DNA from: Nemertoderma westbladi
Lineage: Eukaryota; Animalia; Xenacoelomorpha
Direction: 5' to 3'
NCBI GenBank assembly: GCA_032718475.1
Contig: JAUCBJ010009097.1
Span: 62,001 to 126,000 of the forward strand
DNA length: 64,000 nucleotides
The notes beneath the pieces were generated by a model. It was not told the origin of the DNA and searched no databases. It saw only the letters and a list, made by a program, of their open reading frames with translations. A program made the translations under genes and the position numbers. Of this stretch, positions 37,823 to 48,767 are shown in pieces; positions within the stretch are counted from its first letter, which is position 1; each line of letters starts with the position of its first letter.

Positions 37823-38992
37823 AATGAATTATTTATTATAATTGTAATTCTAAGTGATTTAATTATATTATATAAATTTTACTTTAGAAGTATTGGAGAC
37901 ATAATGTAGACTAGACGAGTAAGGTTCCAATGAAACTGATTGAATTGTGAAGTGAACTGATTTATCAATCAGTTAAAGTGTGCAACCCATAACGCATTCC
38001 AGAGAATGTATGATACAATAATGTTAGCCAAGAGGTGGTTTAACAACCCACCTCAGGGTATATGGGCTAACATAAGCCCAAGGGCATAGGGAGGATTGTG
38101 AGGACAGGATAAGCCGACCACCAATGGGAGGGCCACAGATTGCAATTATTAGTATATGTGTATCGTTTAGTTGCCCAACCATCCGTGTTGAGGTGTAATG
38201 TAATTTCCCTATTTCCATATTGATATCATACCAACTCAGTTAGCTATTTTATTACAGTATTAATGTAGGAGGATGTCACACAGTTTTACACCGTCGTCCG
38301 TAACATTATACTGATTGTGCTGTGATTCATCTACCGATAAATATTGCAAGCTAATAACATCAAGTAATAACATCAAACTCTTTATTTACCCAGCATTCGG
38401 CCCTTCAGTATTTCTCAACAGCTTAACGCAGCGACGAGTAGTGAACTGCAACATCGATTCATCTGGTCGGGATCCTTTAGCCAACCAGGATCATATCACA
38501 ATTCGTTAACTTCGAGGATGGAATTCAAATTAGAAACGACGTTTCATTCCGCGACTTTTCGTAAATAATTAGCTAACATAATCCAGTACACTTTCCAAGC
38601 TCCCTTAAAATTTGGTGGGTGGGTGGGGGTAGTGATTCGACCCAGAACTGATTTCTTAAATTAATTTCTTAAATCTTAAATTTTTTAAAAAAATTCGCTG
38701 AAATTTGTTAACAATATATCTAGTGGTATATTTTAACACATTCTTGAAAAAAAAATCGATTTCAAATCGAATCGAATCCATTTTTTTGGAAGATTAAATA
38801 AGAAAAATAGTGGTTTTGTGCAATGGAAATATTTAATTGCGAATATTGTGACATATGTACAAGATTTTCAAGTGTTACGTGTATATTGGTGTTGGCATAT
38901 TCAATGGTAATGAAATTGAGTTGATACAAGCTGGAGTATTCCATTGGAATCCTCCCCCTCATCCACCACCTCCATAAACCTCCTCTACTTCA

Positions 38993-39837
38993 AAACTGGT
39001 TTGTGGACAATTCGGCTGTGGTGGGTAAACTCGATCTAGTACTCGAGTGGTTCCTCGAACTCAAGAGTTACGGCCCAACCCTCGGCTACTATCCCAAACC
39101 CACAAAGAGGTGCCTCATAGTTGCCCCCGATTTTGTGGAGGAGGCACGGAATGTTTTCAGGGGCCAGGATATCAACATCGTCTCTGGCCATCAATTCCTC
39201 AGCAGTTTCCTTGGGGGACCCACATAGAGGACAACTACATCTGGTCCAAAGTCGCAGTGTGGGTGAAGTCGGTAGATCATTTAGCCGAGATGGTGGAGGC
39301 CCAACTCCAAGCCGCATTCGCAGCTATGGTATGCTCCCTCCAGCGGGAGTGGGCATACCTACAGAGAGTAACTCGGGACTGTGGTGAGGAGTACAAGGTG
39401 CTGGAGGAAGCGATAGAGGAGCAGTTTCTACCCTCAGTCATTGGTGGGGAAATATCCCCAGCAGAGCGCAGTTTATTTGCGCTTTCCCACGCAATGCAGG
39501 TTTAGGAAATCCAGTATCGGAGGCTGGCTTTTCATACTCGTATTGCGGGCAGGAACGAGGTCTCTAACTGAGTCTATCCCGGGAGATCGTGTGTTCTCCC
39601 TAACAGAACACCTTGACAGTATACAGCGTGTGCGGAAAGTGTGATGGGAGCAGAAGCTGGGAAGGGAGAAGGACAGTTTGGATGCGGTGCTGGAGTATCT
39701 GTCGCCAGATTTCCAATGGGTAGTAAAACGCGCCACCAATTTCCACACATATCCTCACTCTTCTGGCCGACCACCAACTTGATCTTTCCCCACTGGAGTT
39801 TAGAGATGCACTCGTGATCCACTATGGCCGCCTCTTT
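38993..39837 (+). mobile_element. Duplicated copy of the CRE-like fragment, cut by the gap
   Basis: ORFs are identical to those at 32305-33137. Confidence 0.75.
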
Positions 39838-39937
39838 NNNNNNNNNNNNNNNNNNNNNNNNNNNNNNNNNNNNNNNNNNNNNNNNNNNNNNNNNNNNNNN
39901 NNNNNNNNNNNNNNNNNNNNNNNNNNNNNNNNNNNNN
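39838..39937. other. Assembly gap (100 N)
   Basis: Run of n. Confidence 0.99.
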
Positions 39938-40220
39938 CTCCAGCCAACGCAGTCTGGGCCAGGTGGCCAGGCGGGAGCGGGTCCACGATGCGATGCTTGC
40001 GTCACAGACCAGCGTGAGTCCACGGCTCCACGGGACAAGCATTACTCCGTCAATGCGCTTCCCGTCTCCCCGGCTTATCCCTGGTGGTTCGAGTGCGGCG
40101 AGGACCCCACAGCTGGTGAGCGACAGGCGCACGATGTCATTACCATCAAGTGACGTGGATGGCGGCTGGCACTCCTCATGCAAGGCATGCCGTGAAGCCC
40201 ATCTGCTGAGACGTCCTTAA
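39938..40220 (-). mobile_element. CRE-like RLE endonuclease fragment
   Basis: AALEPPGISRGDGKRIDGVMLVPWSRGLTLVCDA matches the EP-G...DGKRPDG...PW..G..L.WD motif. Confidence 0.7.
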
Positions 40221-40744
40221 AACAGCATGCGCAGCTGTGGGGCTCAGTAACCTTACAGTCAAGGTTAACCTTACTCAGTTAACCTTACAATTTGTACCCA
40301 TAATTTTTTAATGATGGCTACGAATTGACTGGGTACAAATTGTCCGCATATGAATTGTCCCGATTCAGACAATGTAGGTTTTTTTCTAGAACAAATACTT
40401 GACCTAACAGGTGGTATTTTTTTCCAAAAAATATTCTAGAAAAAAATGTGTTCTAGAACAAAAATATTTATAAAAATTGATAACTAGCCTGCGTTCTATA
40501 ACATTTATAAAAAAGTAGAAAAAACTAGCTTGTATAAAAAATTTAAAATGTGTTCTAGAACATAAAAATGTGTTCTGGAAAAAAATATTCATCAAAATTG
40601 ATAGCTAACACTTGTTCTATAACATTTATAAAAAATTAGCAAAAACTAGCTAGTATAAAAAATCAATATAGCGTACTTTCACTAGTCAGTATACGGACAA
40701 TTTGTACCTGGACAATTAGTTAGTACCCGTCAAAAAAAATGTTG

Positions 40745-40880
40745 GGTTCGAAATATCCGGGTACGAATTATCTGTGTACGAATTGTCTGTCACGAATTTT
40801 CTGGGTACGAATTGTCTGTTACGAATTATCTGTGTACGAATTGTCTGTTACGAATTGTCTGGGTACGAATTGTCCAGAGT
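40745..40880. repeat. Short tandem repeats (GTACGAATTGTCT), probably a DNA transposon subterminal region
   Basis: About 8 ACGAATT units at 15-17 bp spacing; related motifs at 40290-40360. Confidence 0.6.
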
Positions 40881-41474
40881 CCAATCGTCGAAGGTGATCC
40901 AGAACGTAAGAAGAATTCAATACACGCCCCTGACATTGTCGTTGCAACCACTGATATTGATGCAAGCAGGTTGCTCCCATCAGCGATTGACTGTTCATCT
41001 GTAAAAGTCGTAGACATACAGAGAATCCCAAACCCAGCCACTCTCAACTTACGCCTTATTAAAGTCCAACTAGAATCTCCTAGTGAGAGCCGGAAACATC
41101 ATCTGGCTCAATCTCCCGAGTTCCGCTCTACTTATTTGCATCATTGTGTGAGTACGGATGCTTTTCATCATCATAACGTTTTGCGACAACACTCACAAAT
41201 TCTTAATGGCAGTAAGAGAAGTGAAGACGCATCACGAGTTCTTGTTGTTTTTGACAACAGATCAGATTCTTATGTATGAAGGAAGAATTAACTGGAGATC
41301 CCATGTTTCTATGAGCTACACTATAAAACTACACCATGTCCAGTCGGGAAAGATCTCCTTCTGCAGGCCTCCCTTCCACGCCTCTCTTACTCGCCTTGGT
41401 TAACAGCCCACATCAGGTGCCAATGGTGATCCTTCGGGAAATGCTCAGTAGGAGGCGCCTCAACTCGTTTAACT

Positions 41475-43000
41475 TGTAATATTAAATGTTATTGTGCCAA
41501 TGCTAGGTCTATACGTATCCTACACAAATATGGTGACCTGCAATCGCGTATCGGAACCTTTAATTTCGATTTGGTGTCTCTGACTGAAAGACATCATAGA
41601 CTAGACGATGAGGATTCTCTGATATTAGGTAGTTACGTAGAGGAATTTCAATTGTTTCGGTGTGAACACAAGGATCGTTCATGTGGCAGTGTCACCATAA
41701 TCTGCAGAAATAAGCTACAACCGATGCAGGTTACAGTGGGGTAGAATGCGTAGCCTGATCTGAACTCCATTGAAAATGATGTATTGTCTGCTTCTATCGG
41801 TCACCCTATACTTGTTATAAAATTTTTGAAGAATATGCAATATATGCATAAATATTTATCTAAACTTAATAGTTTAATGATAGAACTTAGTGATGTACTG
41901 CAACCTCATTTTTCATGGGGAATTTTAATTTTGGATTGATAAATTGGTCAAATCTAAATATTAGGCCTAATACCCAAATTGATGAGTTTATTGATGTAAC
42001 TTGTGCCAGTTGAGTTTCCAACCCTTATGACTCTATTCAAGACCTTCTTTTGTGTAACGACCCTCGTTTAATTGGTGACCGTAACTGTGAACCAAAACTT
42101 GGTAACTGTGCTGCAAATTCAGAAACACAGGAACCGAGTGATCATCTAGGGTTCTCGCTTTCTATTATTAATACTAAATATATTGATTGCAATAATAGGC
42201 CTGGCATGCATAAACTTTTTGAAGAATATGTTCCTAAGTACAAACCTAATTGGAATAGAAACAGACCGCCATTACATATTCTTAAATTACAGGCCGCCAA
42301 ACGTTTCTTGTGGCGCTATATAAAAAATGCTGTTGTTGATTTACATGCATACAGACATGCTTGTTTTCGGTAAAACAAACGTTCTCACTGGGAACAGCAA
42401 TAAGGCGTTCTATAAGTACGCCAAGAATCGGATAACTAGACAGTCATCCGTAGCTCATATGAAAATGTTAGATAATGAAAAAAGCGAATGCCCCATAGAG
42501 CAATTTTCTTACTTTGGTGTTAATAATGATAATATTGAACCACCGTTTACCCCTGTAACGCCACAACTTTTTGATGTGCCTTGTATTTCTGAGCAAAACA
42601 AGCGAGACAGGGGTGGAAACTCGACGCAAAACCCGCCTTGGCGAAATAATATCCCGCCTCAATGTTAAATTCTCAATTTAGGGAAAGGAGCAGGTTACAG
42701 TGGCACGTTATTTTTAACCAAAACAATAAACTAAACACAGTAGAACAGGTTACAGTTTCATTTGTTAGAGTAATCAGCTGTTATTTGCGTCGAATTTCCC
42801 CTGGAGAGGGATGAATTTTTATTGCGTCCAGTTTCCCCCCCTATCTGAAACAAGCATGAAATACACAGGCACACCAGACAGTGTTACAGTGTCTGTTCTG
42901 AAACTTCTAAGGTATGAACTTTGTGCACCTTTATGTAAAATTGTTTAATACATCATTGTTAACAGGCAAATTACCAATGAGTTGGAAATGTGCAGCCACT
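41475..43000 (+). mobile_element. Highly degraded CR1/L2-like LINE ORF2 fragment
   Basis: Endonuclease-like remnants near 41480-41950, NKAFYKYAKNR, and LFNTSLLTGKLPMSWKCA (start of RT). Confidence 0.6.
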
Positions 43001-44010
43001 AGGTCCGGTACTGCTAACAGCCATTCTGTAGGATCTGAGGATGTGACAGGTCTATCCATTATCACCAAATCCAGTATTCATATAAAACTGTACAGTCAGA
43101 TAGTACAAGCCTACTGTGTTACCGTGTACAAGTGCCGGTACCGGTACTGTAAAGAGGGAATATTGTGTGAGCTAGCGGTAGAGTAAGCTAAAATCGGTGA
43201 AAAAAAGACTTATACTCATTTTCAGCTAAATTAGTTAAAAAAGGCTTTTTAACTAATTTTCTGGAAATTAGTGAAAAAAAGTTAGATTACTTAACTCAAT
43301 TTTAAAAATATTAGTGAGAAAGAGCCTTTTTCAAATAAAATATCTTATCTTATCTTACACGTTTTACAAGTGTTAAGCAGTCTGGATTAAGATTAAGGAT
43401 TTGGACGACGGGCGTATATTTTTTATGGGATGCACAACCAAAAGTTGTAGTAGTGTATCAATATAATGAAGTGACTGACGCCAATGTTAAAAAAAATATT
43501 ATCTGAAACTTAATTAGAATTAAATAAACCAGAGACATATCGGACATTATGTAACACATTATTGTATTATATAACAATACCTTTTTTAGTAGGAACTCTA
43601 CATTTATATATTAAACAATTCCATACTGTAATCTTTAAACGCATTATGAAGATAATGAATTAAACCACACTACGATGATATTATAGTTATATATCCTCGC
43701 TACCAACCTCATACAACGATACTTACTGTTGACCAACCTCCTACAAACGATTATTACTGTCTATGTAATGCGGTTCTGCGTACTACTAATCAATGTTTAT
43801 CCACCATGAACTAAATTAATTGATTTGGTTTTGCATGCAATTACTACTACTCTTGTGATCCATGTTATTATTTTCAGAATTTGTTTTGTATTGTATACAC
43901 TATAGAGTAGGTACTATGATATACATATATACTTAATATGTGTACACTGTACAGTGTACATATGTAGGCCTCCTACAGTCTATAGGTAGCTTCAACTCGT
44001 GTTCTGCAGA

Positions 44011-44659
44011 TGTAAGCGGATTCAATTCCACTTCATTACCCACCAGAAAATGGGACTAGTGGCATTTTAGCAATATGTTGGAGATACGAGATTACCAATA
44101 TCAATCTCGTATCATAACCAACATTGGGGGGGGGGGGGCGACACAAGCCCCAAAGCCACATAGAAAGGTTAGAGGTCAAACCACCTCGGAGGGAAGGCAG
44201 CTAGTAGATGCTAGCAGCGGAGGGGAAACACTCCCAGAGAGTGCCAAGGTGACAAGTAGTATATTAGCCAATAGAGGGGAGAGATGCACGTGATAGGGAA
44301 CAGGAAAGCATCCATTTGGTAGAGGGCCAAAGTAGAGTAAGAAGGTGAACCAATATTCAATGTATTAATCATATATTATCCTACAATACTGGTTTACCGG
44401 TCAGTTGTGTTATTCAGTTATTTAGTGCAGACCGGTCATAGTAAATGACCACCACCGTCATACCGGTAACAATTTATCTGTATTTCTGCTTATCTCACAT
44501 TACTGATTGTGCGATTATTGTCCATATTTACTAATATCAAAAGACAACAGGAACTTTACTGTTTTCTCAGTCGGCCTCGGCCAAAGCTAACAGCACGATC
44601 CCCAGCAGAATGGTGACGCGTACTTTACCAATCCGGTCGGGATCTCTGATCCTGTCTCA
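44011..44659 (+). repeat. 5' LTR
   Basis: TGTAAGCGGATTC...GATCCTGTCTCA; about 20 substitutions relative to the 3' LTR by eye. Confidence 0.92.
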
Positions 44660-44723
44660 GTCATTTACTGCACCAACTGTCAACTAAAACTGTGACTGCA
44701 GAAGATAAAAGAAAGAACAAAAG

Positions 44724-47700
44724 ATGAGCGATAGAGAGCCCGATTATCTGAGGGAGAGAGGACGCCACCGCGGACCCAGGACGATACCAACCAAACGATC
44801 TGTGAGGCCGCGACGAGACGGTATCGGCCTGCCACGCTGGATTAGCCAACGAGGGACGATCCGGCTGCCCAAGCAGAGGGCGGCCGTCAACCACGAGCGG
44901 GAGACGAGTCGACGCACAACGGCGGTCGGAGTACCGAAGTCGCCGGCAGCCACAGGCCGAGGGCAATGGACGGCCCACCGGAACGGCAATGGTGGAGTTA
45001 CTCAAGGAGGCCAGAGAAGGGAGAAAGGTAGACCAGCCTAAATTACATCAAAGGCTAGGTCAGTCGAATAAACACTTTCGATATTTAGTCCTTTATGGAC
45101 AGGGAGAACTGGCGAGTGAGAGAGCGAGGGGGGTTGCCACGGAACTCTTTGAATTGTGGCGATCCGGGGTAATGGAGACTGAAGTAGTGTACGTAGGGCC
45201 TTACTTAGTGGATGCTAGGGGAATTAAGTTAGTGGGTTGGGCGGATCTGCACGAGGGCGAACCCGAGGTTAACCCAGAGGATTCAGTCTCGTCGGTTAGC
45301 GAGAACCCCAGAAAGCGGGGGAAAGTTAGTAGGACAGAGAGGCGACGACAGGGAGTCCGTCGCGACCGATAAGTCCGCTACATCCTCCGCGAAAGCAAGG
45401 AGGGTGTTAGAGATAGATCTGGCATGTCAACTAGACATGGTGGCGCTGGACCAGAAGGAGTTAGAGAGGCAGCTGGATGAGGGAACTGCGTTATTAGAGA
45501 AAGAGAGAGAGTTAGCGAGGGAATGTAGAGAGAGGGCCGGGAGGGTGGCGAGGAACTGTAGAGAGCAAGAAGAGAGAGAGAGAAACGAGCGTAAAGAGTG
45601 GGAGGCAAGAGTATAGAACGAACGTAGAGAGCGGGAGGTGGGCGAGATAGAATTAACGAACCAAAGTTTGCGAGAGGATAGACGATGCGGTTAAGGGGGC
45701 TTATGCAATACCAGGCAAAGCAAAAGCGCCGATTAGAACTGGTGCAGTTGGGATTATCTGAGAGTGAGGCTGGCTCGGGTAGCATTTACGAGGAGCCAGA
45801 GGTAATGGAAACGTTTGTTAATACCCCACTTACAGGCACCGGACGACAGACCCAGGACTGGTGTAACCGTACTGGGTGGGGGGGGGGGGGGGGTGTAATA
45901 ATAATACGTTAGAAGGAATTAATATTAATGGGACCGTAGTAGACAACCCTAATCAAACTTTTATTGCAGGAAATAATCTTTTACCCGGTAATAATAATCC
46001 TAATTTAAATATACAAAATAATCCGAATAATTCTAATTTAAATATACGAAATAATCCGAATAATTCTAATTTAAATATACAAAATAATCCGAATAATTCT
46101 AATTTAAATATACAAAATAATCCGAATAATTCTAATTTGAATATACAAAATAATCCAAATAATAACCCTGATTCCGAACAAAATAATTTAAATAATTTAA
46201 ATAACCTAGAAAATAACAATATTATTGATAACGGTGCTATTAATACGAACGTAGGAGACATAGGTGGGCCAACCAGCGAGAGCCTGCAAGGCCACATAGT
46301 TACGCAGGGAGTAGCGGGGGTGAGTCACCCCGATGGGAGCCTGCAAGGCCACGTAGTTAGGCAGGGAGCAGCGGGGGTGAGTCAACCCGATGGGAGCCTG
46401 CATCCAGAGGCGGGGGTGAGTAGACCCAGCTGCAGTAGAGACGATGCGTCGACTAGAGAGGGGCGTAGAAGCAAAGTGGGATGTAGTGAAGTAAGAGGTG
46501 GCGACCGGGGGGGGGGGGGGGGGCTACGGGCACCCCACCACGAGAGATTAGTGGCGAGAGGAAGGGGGCAGAGAATGCCCCACGACCATCGGCGAATAAT
46601 GCGCGGGGTGAGTTAGGTGAACCACGGCACCCAACGACGGAGAATAGTAGGGGGATTGCGAATATCCCCAGGAGCGTCCAACCTGGTAGAGAGACAGAGG
46701 TTGGCGTCGTGAGCGGGCGAGCGACGAGACGTCGAGCCCAGTCAGAAGACGGAAGAAGAACAGTGGAGTTTAACCGGGAGGCCTGAAGAGAGATCTCATG
46801 AGCGGGAGCGCTACACTGAAGAGAGAAGAAGTGAAGAGAATAGAAGAAGGGCATTGCTACGAGCAACCGGAGAGCGAGGACAGACAGCGAACCGTCGGTA
46901 GTAGAAGTGGAGTTGGAAAGTCAGTGGGGTCGGACTCCAGGAGATTGCCGTCGCCCCAGAGAGACACAGCCTGGCGAGATATACCATACGCCGGGAGAAC
47001 GGTACAGGATGTACCGGCTCGAGGACGAGGACAGGAGAGGGGATCGAAGAGAAACTTCCCGACGAGATGTAGCTGCCAATCGAGAGTACGGTGGTCGTGG
47101 GGAGGACTTTTTGGAATATTCGAGAAGATTAAACTTCGGTCCGGAGGGACACAGGCAGATTGCAGGACATACTGTAGGCCTTACTGCACATACTATAGGC
47201 CATGCTGGAAGAGATAGTGTAGGCGATAGGGTAGCGCGAACAACGGGATTAGATCCGGAAGTCGCGGCGTACATACCGGTAGGTAGGCAAGAAGTGGATA
47301 GGCCTATACCGGTACCTGCACACCAGTATGACTATAATATGCAGGGATATAACATATACCCAGGGGAGGGGGGAGTTATTGCCGATAGGTGTGTGGGCCC
47401 CAATATATTAACATCAACCCCAGTACCAAACACAACACCGGTGGGGGGGGGGGGCAGGGTGACATTCCCCCATTACAATATCAGCAATACACTCAACCGA
47501 GAATAATAACATCGAACCCCCTGGACCAGAACAGATCGTGCGATACGGAGATATGGAGGGGGCCGTTACCCCCAATGATATATCCGACACAGAAAAAATC
47601 AACAGGCCCGACGGGCGACCCGCACCCAACAGGAGAGTCTGTACAGCATCCCTCGAACCCATTGGAAGCACAGGCGATGGGAATGGCAACACTTATCGAT

Positions 47701-48720
47701 GCGCTCAAGACCAGGATCGAGCTACCACCAGTTGAGCCATTTAAATTCGACGGAAGCAGACCAGAAGAATACCTGCAATTCCGACGCATGTACAGCAATG
47801 AAATACTAACTAAAAACCTGACGCAGGCGGAGTGCCTAAAATATTTACAAGTGTACACAGGGGGCCCAGCGTACGATATCGTGAGGCAGTATCAGGGCAT
47901 CGAGGGTGGCTTCACGACTGCATGGCGGGCCCTAGACAGGGAATACGGACACCCTGCCAAGATCATCCGGCAGACCTTGAGGGGAATAACATCGGGTGGC
48001 CTACAGGATAACCCTGTTAGTATAAAGACTTTCGCGAACAAGGTCGAGAAGGCGCTAATCGTGCTAAAGACCTTGGATGCGCCATACGAGCTCAACGCAT
48101 CGAATAACATCACCACGATAGCGCAGGCACTGCCGATCTGGCTACGGAACAAATGGAGGAAGATCGCCTTCTCCACCCGGGAGAAGAAAGGTGCGGAACC
48201 GGGCCTAGAGGAAATGTCGAACTTCCTCAATTATGAAGCAGAGTTGATCACGGACCCAGTCTACAGCGAGGATAGTCTGGGGAGGGCGCCAAAGACCGAA
48301 TATAACAGGCCGAAACCAGAACATAATGCGGCAAATGCATTACCAAAGCTTAGACAATCGCTGCCATACGCGGCGACGCAGGGGACTGCTAGTCCACATG
48401 ATAGCCGGGGGTAGGGCCACACCATGGCATGGACAGGGACAAAATAACAACACAAATAAATACAACCCCAACACGCCCAGTAGGCCAAACCCAAACAATA
48501 AGAACAGTAGAGAACTAAGTATGAACGTAGGTGCGATACGCAGCGCACTGTATAGGGATGGCTATAATCCGAGAAACAAATGCCAATTACATTCAACGCA
48601 CTTCATCAGACCATGAACTGCAGCATACTGGCAAGCGTTACCCAAACAAGATCAGATAGAATACGCGAGAAAAGTGGAATCTGTCATCGATGTGTGGCGG
48701 GCGGACACAAGGCTGAAGCA
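44724..48720 (+). pseudogene. gag: gag (coiled coil, Asn-rich repeats, DUF1759-like capsid, degenerate Zn knuckles), multiple frameshifts
   Basis: ELPPVEPFKFDGSRPEEYLQF...ECLKYLQVYTGGPA...AWRALDREYG...LPIWLRNKW in ORF 47389..48414. Upstream ORFs are broken at G-runs. Confidence 0.88.
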
Positions 48721-48767
48721 ATGCAAAGAGACACCAATTAAGATTCGGTCAAGGCAAAGGCCAGACG

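Larger units (their letters stand above)
35483..39837. repeat. Tandem segmental duplication, copy 2 (incomplete, ends at the N gap)
   Basis: Near-identical to 28786-33137; differences seen are two substitutions in the p24 gene and homopolymer lengths. Confidence 0.9.

Noticed and set aside
40812-41403. Host protein-coding gene
   Set aside because: Short ORFs that begin in a tandem repeat, with no recognisable domain.
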